NCBI GenBank assembly: GCA_025449905.1
Contig: JANWIN010000004.1
Location: 24,656-88,655 of the forward strand
Length of the DNA stretch: 64,000 nt
Source of the DNA: Candidatus Saccharimonadales bacterium
GTDB lineage: Bacteria > Patescibacteriota > Saccharimonadia > Saccharimonadales > JANWIN01
Reading direction: 5' to 3'
The first letter of the stretch is position 1. Each line of letters starts with the position of its first letter. The notes beneath the pieces were generated by a model. That model was not told the DNA's origin, ran no database searches, and worked only from the letters and a program-made list of their open reading frames with translations. The position numbers and the translations under genes are program-made. Below are positions 19,101 through 27,614 of this stretch, piece after piece.

Positions 19101-19713
19101 CTCGAAAGTCAGTTTCGGTATCGCTGACTCGTGATCTTGCTCTTTGTTCGCGGTTGCGGAGGCTCTGACTAATAGTTGGTGCAAGATCTGGGGAAATATG
19201 AAGTTCAACCTCATCTTCAGTATTTTTATGAGGTCTAATATTCAGCGGATACTGATTCCTTAAACGCCTAGCAACTACTCGCAAATCTTCAACAGCGAAA
19301 CCGGTTAATCCAGCCAGCGAGCTGATACTAATCATATCTTCTGGTGCCGCAAGGTTTGCAGACAACCTATGCAGAACCTCCCAGTCACAATATAGAATCG
19401 CAGCATCTTCGGACGTAACGCCTAAACTAAAAAGCTGAGAAGCCTCGTCCATTACTTCATCAGTTAGCAACTTAACTTTAGATAATGGTAAGTCCAAAGC
19501 TAAAGCAATCTCAGGACGGCTAAATTTAATTCTCTCCCTAATTCCAGGTATTTCTTGGTTGACTTGGTCCTGGGCAGCGATTTCTATTAATCTCTCTTCA
19601 TATAGACGCCCAGAGTTGTCTTCCTCAACACCTCGGGCGGAAGCTTCTGCACTGTTTTGAGCTGAACTTGACTCTCTGACCATAAGACTGATTCTCTGAA
19701 CATATTTTATCAA
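16114..19713 (-). CDS. large SNF2-family (SF2) helicase fused to a C-terminal class I SAM-dependent methyltransferase domain; about 380-aa N-terminal region of unknown function
   Basis: Helicase motif I LIADDPGLGKSASAI, II MLIIDEAHQL, III MLTATPAPNK, VI QEIGRCQRPGR; MTase motif I AILDLGSGPE, post-II VVSLGLVLD, and RVLKVGGKAIV. Confidence 0.8.
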   Translation of the reverse strand: MIKYVQRISLMVRESSSAQNSAEASARGVEEDNSGRLYEERLIEIAAQDQVNQEIPGIRERIKFSRPEIALALDLPLSKVKLLTDEVMDEASQLFSLGVTSEDAAILYCDWEVLHRLSANLAAPEDMISISSLAGLTGFAVEDLRVVARRLRNQYPLNIRPHKNTEDEVELHISPDLAPTISQSLRNREQRARSRVSDTETDFREFTEEIRAGLSLDAQEFKKLVELLGPAYATDLFFHYRPNLTNVPIDYVKSFLADYLGEFTVFRGNPDFEQMALTAEFLSSPSLKAALVEVIKQDCLSTYHRTKRSNPAEDDFAIIASYLDNLRESVAELDNEHLDSVINEVMDYYLALFVDFKLPARVVENLKPERPFPDLNQRINIKEICEKKRMLIADDPGLGKSASAIIAKEKLGAKLAVVIAPSGVLEKQIWQTYLSDSKDSNGQQLGYFKTGEGPRVLEVNSPAMVENIRNEEWDYILISHEKLSNPAYGKALERVGFDMLIIDEAHQLNNISDGKRASQLVELSDQLLNRKDAYTVMLTATPAPNKVSDIAMALRVLYPDKFAKYSNKQLAYLMISGGDNGDTRDVRDLRSLLIPRMQMKSLEDCIDLPMLKEKTEYVALSEAEAEIYQVILDDDELDFSSKMQACRRVLLNPATVDAVPHIIPSKALHIGNELRKTFEDKRKALVFVNDFVTDVIAGEDSIIDYFDLPDDVRVGVIHGDTPEETRYELQQEFQNSDQKMLLVVSGRTSGVGVDFSAADDLSFYNEGWTMAEKRQEIGRCQRPGRNNPLTVNTYIAAGTIEEGIHQYIQRKDQAIRKLLFGVPLSELDRKTLIDAEDEKVEPNADVNPELAAHYFNATQRIDKMFGRLKQQGELATRRLVASSGAEYASTYKELSSRSYQANMARLTSTIIEEYRKNGELAAPAILDLGSGPEMLKQHIADNLARNVTSLDINLNHFDHHRPAPKNIVGSVVNVPIASGSMDVVSLGLVLDSTKYRPSKRSVDPEALERLAIFKEMNRVLKVGGKAIVTQIYSLDLADVGTFNNLAGQMGFKVVKAYSGLVYSNGDLRGRVVTLEKQADCLTDVDALANQLGQRSLSGLKFVKRNARVRNPKKIDQEYRLDSGTVLKPSFNSHDQYVADEEEVILKDMTAKKRRYRQIKNIPPEVIVAGGLSRIRLTKQGNHILFRPLSVAQGAVFLKD

Positions 19714-19810
19714 AATATTGCAAATTTGTAAAATATAGATAATAAGATAATTCTAGATAATAATATTGACCGACATCTAAAATTAGGATAGAATATAACC
19801 TGAAGTAATT

Positions 19811-21961
19811 ATGACACGTGAACTTGGTGAATATGGCAAAGCTTACAGAGAGGCTTTTGAAGGCTGGTCTGCATTAGAATTTCAAAAGGCATCTCAACCT
19901 GATTTAGCTGATACTTTTGAAGATGCCTCAACTCAGGCTCGCTTAATTATGGACATGCTAGAGGCAGAAGCGACCAATGATTTTCGCCAGCTAATTGATT
20001 ATGAATCGGCTCAAGCTGAAGATAAAACCCGCACAAACATTGAAGCTATTCGGGAAACTCCTACATACCAACGTGGTGGGAAAATTGCCGAGACGCTAGA
20101 AAACCAGATTCAAGCTCGTTTGGCTAGTTTGCCTGAAGTAAATCACTACAGTGAAGCAGATCAAAAAATGGCTACTGCTTTCGTGGTGGGCCGTATAGCT
20201 AGGATAGCTATTCCCCCTAAGGCAATTGAACTGCCGGCTGAGCAGGCAAGTAGTCCTTCTAAGCCAGAAAAGCCGATAAGCAATAAGCTTAAAATTCAAG
20301 TTTTTACTAAAGATAGCATGCTTTTAGTAAATGGAGTTGAAGCTATACCTTTAGCTCGTGAAGTAGGTTCTAGTAAATATACTGCCGAGGAAGAAAGTCT
20401 GATCGAAGAGTATCGTTTAACTACATTAAAATTTTTAGCCGACCACCCAGATGAGGAATTTTTAGCAAGCAAAATCTGGCAAGCTATTGACCGCACTGGT
20501 ACTCCATATAGTTCATCTGTCTGGGATAATTTTATCGGCGAGTGGCTGGAAGATTTAGAGATCAGAAATCAGTCGTTAATAAATGTCCGTAAGCCATCGC
20601 CCGTTGCAAAAAGACGCTATTACTCGCTTGGGGATTTTTCTGTTGATTTCGAAACGTTAAATGAAGATTCTGGTCTCGAACAATTAACTATTTTTAAATT
20701 GTCAAACGGTGAAGTCTTGGCGGGAAAAGCAGGTATGCTCGCTCACCTTCTATCGCGTGCCACAGTAGAAAATCCGGTAGTATCACAGATGCTGCTGGAC
20801 AAACGAGTATATTCCGACGAAGAACTGGTTGATCTAAAATACCCAGAAAATATATTAAGTGGGCTGGTATCAACTGTTAGACAGGATCTAAGAGAAGCTG
20901 GGGTTGAGCAGCAATACAGGATAGAAAAAGTAGACACTGGCGTCGCAAGAGAAGGTCGCGGCCGGAGAAATGAACCCGGCTATTATATGGAGCTGTTGAG
21001 CAGCGGCGAAATTGAAAAGCGAAAAGCTATCCATGAGGCTAACATAATTGCTAACTATATTTACTTGCGAAACGGACTACTCGAGGCCTTGAACTTACCT
21101 ACTCTACCTAGAGCTACTGTTGATATGTTGAAAACACTGGATGAATCTGTCAGCCAGGAAGAATTACTAGCTGTTCGTGATAGTGCCTATGAAACAATAC
21201 AAGTCCTTTTTGGCACCGAAGGCATAGAAAAACTATTAAACGAAGTAGATGCTTCTGATCCGCGCTACGGACTTGCCGATTGGGCGCTTCCTCTGTTAAA
21301 TCAACCTGAAAGTCGCCAAACCTTGGAAAATGCTCTAAGAGCTGATGTTGAAAGGGTTGTTGGCACCACAGAAGCAGAGCCAAAGACAGGCTCTCAAAGA
21401 ATCAAAAGAATTGACTACAACGTTAAAGGCGTCGGCACGCTTCCAGTCAATTATCCAGATGAAGATTTTGAAGTTGAGCATTTCAGCTTAGCGCTCTTGG
21501 CTTCAATTGATCAGGACGATAAAGATATTGTTGTGGCTCAAAATGGGCATGATGCTCCAACACCTCCGGCTAATAATGACAATGGTGAGAATCTTACACG
21601 TCGCAAAAGAAGGGAAGCTAAAATTCGGGAAATAAGGAGCCGAACAGTACCTATGGTTCGTTCTGCCATTCATGAGATGCATCAACGCGGTCTTCATAGG
21701 CCAGAGGGTTCGCTAGTGCCCCAAATTGTCAATGTTTTTCCAAAACTGACAACCGAAACTGTCGAACGTCATATTGGTAAGATTGAACATAAGAATCACG
21801 GGAGAGTTAGTGCGGCAGATATCTTATATGTACATATCGTGACAGAAACTGGCTACACTATAAACTACGAACAAAAGGCTATTAAAGAAGTAGTCAAAGA
21901 AGAACTTGAAAAATATGAGCGTGGTTTAGAAAGACGGCAGCAGGCCAACGGTCGTCATTAA
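19811..21961 (+). CDS. hypothetical 716-aa protein divergently transcribed from the helicase-MTase gene
   Basis: ORF track; AT-rich divergent promoter region 19714-19810; no recognisable catalytic motifs. Confidence 0.55.
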   Translation: MTRELGEYGKAYREAFEGWSALEFQKASQPDLADTFEDASTQARLIMDMLEAEATNDFRQLIDYESAQAEDKTRTNIEAIRETPTYQRGGKIAETLENQIQARLASLPEVNHYSEADQKMATAFVVGRIARIAIPPKAIELPAEQASSPSKPEKPISNKLKIQVFTKDSMLLVNGVEAIPLAREVGSSKYTAEEESLIEEYRLTTLKFLADHPDEEFLASKIWQAIDRTGTPYSSSVWDNFIGEWLEDLEIRNQSLINVRKPSPVAKRRYYSLGDFSVDFETLNEDSGLEQLTIFKLSNGEVLAGKAGMLAHLLSRATVENPVVSQMLLDKRVYSDEELVDLKYPENILSGLVSTVRQDLREAGVEQQYRIEKVDTGVAREGRGRRNEPGYYMELLSSGEIEKRKAIHEANIIANYIYLRNGLLEALNLPTLPRATVDMLKTLDESVSQEELLAVRDSAYETIQVLFGTEGIEKLLNEVDASDPRYGLADWALPLLNQPESRQTLENALRADVERVVGTTEAEPKTGSQRIKRIDYNVKGVGTLPVNYPDEDFEVEHFSLALLASIDQDDKDIVVAQNGHDAPTPPANNDNGENLTRRKRREAKIREIRSRTVPMVRSAIHEMHQRGLHRPEGSLVPQIVNVFPKLTTETVERHIGKIEHKNHGRVSAADILYVHIVTETGYTINYEQKAIKEVVKEELEKYERGLERRQQANGRH

Positions 21962-22057
21962 ATAGTTCACTTTCCATCTTAATAGCTAAGTGCTTCAAAC
22001 ATAAGCATTGACAACTCAGCAGTATGATATACTAACCGCATTAATAATGGAGGGGCT

Positions 22058-22708
22058 ATGAAAAAGGTGCTATTAATAGTATTGGTGGTATTACTTTTAG
22101 GTGGCGGGGCTGCCTATTTACTGACCAAAGACGACAAAAATGACCAGACCCCAACCAATACCGAGAGCCAGCCAACGACCGATACTTCCTCGGAACCCAC
22201 TGCCAGCTTTTCGCCCCTGTCAACAGAAGGTAAGGATTTTGTTGCCACAGTTACCACTACTACTAAAACTGGAACATCCACTGCTAAATTCGAACAAGAT
22301 GGCACCAAAACCCGCTATACCATAAGCACCAGCAATACTAACAGCCAGTTTATTTACACTAAAGACACTTACTACGTTTGTGGTAGCGGCCAATGCTATA
22401 AGTACACGGCTAAACAGTCAAACTCCAGTGGCGTTGACGTCAAAAACTACCAGTACAGCGGCTCAGAGCTAAGTTCTTTCAAAAATTCGGCAGCTTATAA
22501 GGGCAAACAAAGCTGTCCGGCAGGTACGTGTGACGTTTGGTCAGTAACCGCGGGTGGCATAACCTCGACCCTTTATTTAGATGACCAGCAACGTATCAGC
22601 CAAGTTGAAAGTTCTCAGGCGGGCACAACCACCAAGATTACTTACGAATATAAAGACGTCACGATTAGTTTGCCAACCAACGCTAAATCGCCAACAACTT
22701 CGTTCTAA
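22058..22708 (+). CDS. hypothetical secreted/surface protein with a Thr-rich linker
   Basis: N-terminal signal/anchor MKKVLLIVLVVLLLGGGAAYLL, then TPTNTESQPTTDTSSEPT low complexity. Confidence 0.5.
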   Translation: MKKVLLIVLVVLLLGGGAAYLLTKDDKNDQTPTNTESQPTTDTSSEPTASFSPLSTEGKDFVATVTTTTKTGTSTAKFEQDGTKTRYTISTSNTNSQFIYTKDTYYVCGSGQCYKYTAKQSNSSGVDVKNYQYSGSELSSFKNSAAYKGKQSCPAGTCDVWSVTAGGITSTLYLDDQQRISQVESSQAGTTTKITYEYKDVTISLPTNAKSPTTSF

Positions 22709-22761
22709 CTTTTGCCAGCTAAGCCTAGTTTTTAAAGCTTAACTATCTTATATTTAACTGT

Positions 22762-23046
22762 ATGCATAGCGCTCGTCACAAACAGACATTTTGGGATAAG
22801 TTTTGGCGTGATGAACACGGTAACGATATTATTTTAAAGCGGCCTAACAAATTATTGATAATATGGGCAGCAACGGCTTTTCTGAGGGTGTTTCTGCATG
22901 GTGGCTTCTTAGAAGACATATTAAGAGCCATCAGCCTAATTGCATTAGTACTTTGGTGTCTAGTTGAAATAGCTTGGGGCGTAAACTACTTTTGGCGCTC
23001 TATTGGCTGCATGGTCCTAATTATTATTATCTTCGCCACCATCTAA
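22762..23046 (+). CDS. hypothetical small membrane protein
   Basis: 94 aa with two hydrophobic helices. Confidence 0.4.
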   Translation: MHSARHKQTFWDKFWRDEHGNDIILKRPNKLLIIWAATAFLRVFLHGGFLEDILRAISLIALVLWCLVEIAWGVNYFWRSIGCMVLIIIIFATI

Positions 23047-23089
23047 AATTGTACAAGATATTGACGATCGTCATTTCGTTGTACAATTT
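23046..23089. repeat. 44-bp palindromic repeat element, copy 1 (AAATTGTACAA ... TGACGATCGTCA ... TTGTACAATTT)
   Basis: 11-bp terminal inverted repeats flank the perfect 12-bp palindrome TGACGATCGTCA (23062-23073); lies between convergent genes. Confidence 0.6.
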
Positions 23090-23110
23090 CAGAGTTAGAG
23101 TAAGGTGCTG

Positions 23111-23608
23111 TTAACTGTATGAACTGCGTATCTGGAACAACAGCCACAAGCCGATAGCTGAACCTATAAGACTCATTATGAAAGTTCCAACGCCGCCATA
23201 GTCTGTAAACAGAAGTATTACGCCGTAAACAATGTTAACCAGTGCGGCATAGAACATTAAGTTCCAACCAGCTTTTTTACGGTCGCGCGTCCCACGGAAA
23301 GCAGCAATGTACAGAACTGCCTGGACAACTAAAACTATAATCGCCAGCCAAATCCCAACGGTTAGACGGTCTTTGTTAAGGTTGCTGCCGGTAGAAGTCT
23401 TATAAAAACTGTTTGCATAATCAATTAATTTGTTGACGGTATGTGCCCAGTGGTATAGGTTCCAAGCAGCAAGTAGCATTAAAGCTCCTAAAACTACATT
23501 GATCCAGGGCAAATACTTAACCAGCCATTTTTTACCATTTTCTGGTAATTTAGGGGCACTTTTAAAAACGTCCGCCAGGGACTTTTCTAATGAATTTACT
23601 GCAGACAT
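23111..23608 (-). CDS. hypothetical polytopic membrane protein
   Basis: 165 aa, four predicted TM helices; GGAGG RBS upstream. Confidence 0.55.
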   Translation of the reverse strand: MSAVNSLEKSLADVFKSAPKLPENGKKWLVKYLPWINVVLGALMLLAAWNLYHWAHTVNKLIDYANSFYKTSTGSNLNKDRLTVGIWLAIIVLVVQAVLYIAAFRGTRDRKKAGWNLMFYAALVNIVYGVILLFTDYGGVGTFIMSLIGSAIGLWLLFQIRSSYS

Positions 23609-23763
23609 TATGTCTTTTCCTCCTTAATTTATTAATACTAGGATAACCCGTTATTTTTCCGCTCGCAAGCCCCGTCAGAAATAAGCCGCTCAAAGCGGCT
23701 GTTGCAATGGCCACAGGCTGTAGCGGATTTCCTACGGGGCAAGTTTAATATTAGTATAAAAAG

Positions 23764-24324
23764 ATGCTTGATTTACCGGACGATGCTGTGGCGGCTGCCA
23801 AGGTTATATTAGGGCAACTACTAGTTCGAGAAATTAATGACTATAAATTGATGGGCAAAATCGTGGAAACTGAGGCCTACGACCAGAAAGATGCGGCTAG
23901 CCATAGTTACCGCGGCCAAACGCCGCGGACAGATGTTATGTTCGGCCCACCAGGCCGAGCTTATGTTTATTTTACCTACGGCATGCATTACTGCATGAAC
24001 ATAGTCATCGGCAAGCCAGGCTATGGTAGCGCTGTATTAATTCGGGCAATTGAACCTTTAAAAGGTATTGAGCAAATGAAAAAGAAGCGAGGAACGGATA
24101 ATATTCACCAATTAACTAATGGGCCGGCAAAATTATGTCAAGCTTTGAGCATCAATAAAGAATTCAATGGCCATGATTTATCCAAATTACCCCTAAATCT
24201 ACAACTTGGACAAAAAATTCCACCCAGTCAAATTTTCAAAACTACGCGTATAGGTATATCCAAAGACACCCACCGTTTATGGCGTTTTTACATCAAAGAC
24301 AACCTCTTCGTCTCTAAACCCTGA
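23764..24324 (+). CDS. mpg: DNA-3-methyladenine glycosylase (Mpg/AAG family)
   Basis: GKIVETEAYDQKDAASHSYRGQTPRTDVMFGPPGRAYVYFTYGMHYCMNIV is the core Mpg family signature. Confidence 0.85.
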   Translation: MLDLPDDAVAAAKVILGQLLVREINDYKLMGKIVETEAYDQKDAASHSYRGQTPRTDVMFGPPGRAYVYFTYGMHYCMNIVIGKPGYGSAVLIRAIEPLKGIEQMKKKRGTDNIHQLTNGPAKLCQALSINKEFNGHDLSKLPLNLQLGQKIPPSQIFKTTRIGISKDTHRLWRFYIKDNLFVSKP

Positions 24325-24340
24325 GGTATACTTAAGCATA

Positions 24341-24967
24341 ATGCGCGCTAAAAAAGTCCAGCCCCGGCAACAGCTTATTATTATTGCTTCTGCTGGAGTA
24401 CTTTTCTTGGTTTCAGCTGCCCTCGCTTCGGCACACACCCTAAAAGGTTTAGAGAAACAGGTTTTTGATTTTATTTATGGCTGGCCAAATGGGCTAAAAC
24501 CGGCGCTCTGGACTATTACGCAGTTGGGCAGTATATGGACGTTTATAGCCGCTAGTTTAATCTTTGTTTGGCAGCAAAAGAAGCACCTAGCCGCCAAATT
24601 AATAATTTGCGGCTTAAGTTCATATCTTCTGACATCCGTTCTAAAAGGCTTAATTGACAGGCCCAGGCCGGAACTTTTACTGCCTGGCGTCGTCACCAGA
24701 GAAATAATGGCCCCGGGCATGGGCTTTCCCTCAGGCCACACCGCCGCTATAACCGTAGCGGCTTTAATCATTGCCCCATATCTTAAGAAAAAATACCGCT
24801 GGTTGGCTTACTTAGCTATTGCAATGGTGGCAATTTCCAGAATATATCTGGGAGTACATGCGCCGCTTGATGTCGTCGGTGGTTTTGCTCTAGGGGTAAT
24901 AATTGTAAAGTCTTATGAGCTCTTGGCGCTCAAGCTAAAACTTGAAAAAGTTGACCAGCGGGACTAA
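24341..24967 (+). CDS. PAP2 family phosphatase (undecaprenyl-diphosphatase/phosphatidate phosphatase-like)
   Basis: PAP2 motifs KGLIDRPRP ... PSGHT ... RIYLGVHAPLD. Confidence 0.8.
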   Translation: MRAKKVQPRQQLIIIASAGVLFLVSAALASAHTLKGLEKQVFDFIYGWPNGLKPALWTITQLGSIWTFIAASLIFVWQQKKHLAAKLIICGLSSYLLTSVLKGLIDRPRPELLLPGVVTREIMAPGMGFPSGHTAAITVAALIIAPYLKKKYRWLAYLAIAMVAISRIYLGVHAPLDVVGGFALGVIIVKSYELLALKLKLEKVDQRD

Positions 24968-24996
24968 AATTAGGTTGGAAGTGTGAGGCTTCCGCC

Positions 24997-25029
24997 GACC
25001 CTAGGTAATCACCTGGGGTCTTTTTGTTT
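24997..25029 (+). terminator. rho-independent terminator after the PAP2 gene
   Basis: gaccctagg/cctggggtc stem followed by TTTTTGTTT. Confidence 0.55.
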
Positions 25030-25101
25030 GATCTCGATGAATAATTTAACCGCCTCTGTATATATTTGCAATAATACTACTAATATGGTAAAGTCTATTA
25101 A

Positions 25102-26364
25102 ATGAGTCAAATCGAGAGCCTTAACTTTCTTGAGGCGGGCACCGCTGCTGAAGTTGCAGAGCAGTGGGGAACACCAGTTTTTGTATATAACGAAACAACC
25201 CTTGCTGGTCAGGCTGAAAAGGCTTTAGCTTTTGATGCTCCTTACGGACTAACGGTTCGCTATGCTATGAAAGCTAATCCCAATCGCTTTATTATTAATG
25301 CGCTTGCTCGGAGAGGCATTGCTATAGACGCCAGTTCAGGTTTTGAAGCTAGCAGGGCAATACAAGCAGGTGTTAATCCGCAGGATATCTTATTAACCGG
25401 CCAAGAACTCCCTAAAAACTTAGAATCGTTAGTAGAGCAAGGCATCCTCTTTAATGCTTGCTCACTTCGACAACTACACGAATATGGCGAGAAGTTCCCA
25501 GGTACAAATGTTAGTGTCCGGATAAATCCTGGTTTAGGGTCAGGACACTCGAATCGCACAAATGTTGGCGGTCCTTCATCGAGTTTTGGTATTTGGCATG
25601 AATATACAGACCAAGTATTAGCAGTGGCAAAAGAGCACAGCCTAACTATTAATCGTATGCATACGCACATAGGCTCAGGCAGCGATCCTGAGGTATGGAC
25701 CCGTGTGGCAGAAATGAGCCTTGAGCAAACTAAGCATTTTCCTGACGTTGAAGTTTTGAATTTAGGCGGCGGATTTAAAATCGCCAGAATGCAGGATGAA
25801 ATCGAAACAAATTTGGGTACTATCGGTCCAGTTGTTGCCTCTGCTTTAGAAAAGTTTTATCAGCAAACTGGCAGACAACTTAAGTTAGAAATAGAACCCG
25901 GGACATTTTTGGTGGCTAATGCCGGTTCTTTAGTCACCACTATTCACGACATCGTTGACACCGGCGAAGAAGGCTATACTTTTTTGAAAATAGATAGCGG
26001 TATGACAGAAGTTATGCGACCCAGTTTGTATGGCGCTCAGCATCCAATTGTAGTAGTAAATAATAGCCCTGAAGAACACAAAAAATACGTTGTGGTTGGC
26101 CATTGTTGTGAATCAGGCGACCTTTTGACTCCATATCCAAGCGACCCAGAAGTCGTAGCTGAAAGGCTCCTTCAAAAGGCCGATGTCGGGGACCTTTTAG
26201 TAGTTGAGGGTGTTGGTGCATACTGCGCGTACATGTCTGCGCAAAATTACAATTCATTTCCTCTAAGACCTGAAGTTATGAGAACTTGCGCGGGAGAGTT
26301 AATTGAAATTTGCCGCCGCGAGACCCTTCCGGAGATGCTTCAGCTGGAAACTGGTTCCGATTGA
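25102..26364 (+). CDS. lysA: diaminopimelate decarboxylase (Orn/DAP/Arg decarboxylase family 2)
   Basis: YAMKANPNRFII PLP-lysine region; GGG motif LNLGGGFKI; C-terminal EPGTFLVANAG ... GHCCESGD. Confidence 0.8.
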   Translation: MSQIESLNFLEAGTAAEVAEQWGTPVFVYNETTLAGQAEKALAFDAPYGLTVRYAMKANPNRFIINALARRGIAIDASSGFEASRAIQAGVNPQDILLTGQELPKNLESLVEQGILFNACSLRQLHEYGEKFPGTNVSVRINPGLGSGHSNRTNVGGPSSSFGIWHEYTDQVLAVAKEHSLTINRMHTHIGSGSDPEVWTRVAEMSLEQTKHFPDVEVLNLGGGFKIARMQDEIETNLGTIGPVVASALEKFYQQTGRQLKLEIEPGTFLVANAGSLVTTIHDIVDTGEEGYTFLKIDSGMTEVMRPSLYGAQHPIVVVNNSPEEHKKYVVVGHCCESGDLLTPYPSDPEVVAERLLQKADVGDLLVVEGVGAYCAYMSAQNYNSFPLRPEVMRTCAGELIEICRRETLPEMLQLETGSD

Positions 26365-26792
26365 AGCGACTTAGTTCGCTTTAGTTCTTTGCATCTAGGA
26401 CAGTAACCACGGATTTCCAGCTGATGATCCATGGCTTTAAAGCCTTGTTTATCAACCATACTTTTTATGTTTTTCTCTATAGCTGGTTGGTCGGGCAGGG
26501 TAATCACCTTACCGCAGTTTATGCAGGTGAAATGATGATGGTGATGCTGAAAAATATCGCTCAACTCAATTTTGGTTAGCCAGCCAAGGCGCAGGCGATT
26601 TATTACTCCCAGCTCCTCAAATAAGGCAATGTTGCGATAAACAGTTGCCTGATCGTGTTTGGGTACCAGCAGAATTAGTTGATTAACTGTCAGGGCAGGA
26701 TGCTTTTGCAAAACAGCAAAAAGTCTGAGCCGGGGTTTGGTTATATAGTGCTTGTTTTTCTTAAGCAGAGACTTGAGGCGGCGAATTTCCAT
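26340..26792 (-). CDS. Fur family transcriptional regulator (Zur-like by genomic context)
   Basis: Winged-helix N-terminus; HHHHHF ... CINCGK ... CPRCK metal-site motifs; divergent from a ZIP transporter. Confidence 0.8.
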   Translation of the reverse strand: MEIRRLKSLLKKNKHYITKPRLRLFAVLQKHPALTVNQLILLVPKHDQATVYRNIALFEELGVINRLRLGWLTKIELSDIFQHHHHHFTCINCGKVITLPDQPAIEKNIKSMVDKQGFKAMDHQLEIRGYCPRCKELKRTKSLQSEPVSS

Positions 26793-26805
26793 ATCGCAAT
26801 TTTAC

Positions 26806-26834
26806 TATAATTTGCGAAAAATTTGCAAATTATA
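26806..26834. promoter_or_regulatory. candidate Zur/Fur box in the divergent promoter
   Basis: Inverted repeat TATAATTTGC-GAAAAATTT-GCAAATTATA, 14 bp upstream of the regulator's start and upstream of the ZIP gene. Confidence 0.5.
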
Positions 26835-26858
26835 AGGAAGAGGGGTATATTCCAGATA

Positions 26859-27614
26859 ATGGCAAATTATTGGCAAGTTATATTTTTCTCGCTGGTCGGT
26901 GGCGTATTTTCGCTGGTCGGTGGCCTGTTGATGCTCAGCCACAAAAAAACGGCTGAAATTTTAGCCGCCTATGCCACACCCTTTGCAGCCGGGGCTCTGC
27001 TGGCTGCAGTTTTTATGGATCTTTTAAAAGACGGGCTGGAAGTAGCCTCGGCTGATACGGTTTTACTGGCTACTATGATTGGTCTTGTATCTTTCTTTTT
27101 TGCCGAGCGGTTTTTGCATTGGTTTCACCACCATCACCAGCACGAAAATAGTGACCCGGCGATTGGGCTAATAGTTGTTGGTGACACTATCCATAACGCT
27201 CTCGACGGTGTGGCTATTGCCGCAGCCTTTTTAATAAGCGTTCCAACCGGCATAGTTACAACCATAGCGGTAGCGGCGCACGAAATTCCTCAGGAAATTG
27301 GCGATTTTGGCTTATTGTTAGCCAAAGGCATGAAACGGACTAAAGTCCTATGGGTCAATGTTTTTAGCGCACTGGCAACGACTGTGATGGCAATTATAAC
27401 TTTTGCTTTGGGTAGTGAGGATAAATTGCCGTTGGGGTGGCTGATTGGAATTAGTGCCGGCTTTTTGCTTTATATCGCCGCCAGCGATATTATTCCAGAG
27501 ATTCATGAAAAGGCTCATCCTAAGCGTCTATTTGATCTGCAACCGGTAATGCTTCTTGTAGGTGTGATAGTGGTGAGTGTTGCCATTCAGCTGGCTCATC
27601 AATTTGTCGAATAA
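26859..27614 (+). CDS. ZIP family zinc transporter (ZupT-like)
   Basis: His-rich loop HHHHQHE; GDTIHNALDG and HEIPQEIGDF motifs; start taken at the ATG at 26859 rather than the track's TTG at 26823. Confidence 0.8.
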   Translation: MANYWQVIFFSLVGGVFSLVGGLLMLSHKKTAEILAAYATPFAAGALLAAVFMDLLKDGLEVASADTVLLATMIGLVSFFFAERFLHWFHHHHQHENSDPAIGLIVVGDTIHNALDGVAIAAAFLISVPTGIVTTIAVAAHEIPQEIGDFGLLLAKGMKRTKVLWVNVFSALATTVMAIITFALGSEDKLPLGWLIGISAGFLLYIAASDIIPEIHEKAHPKRLFDLQPVMLLVGVIVVSVAIQLAHQFVE

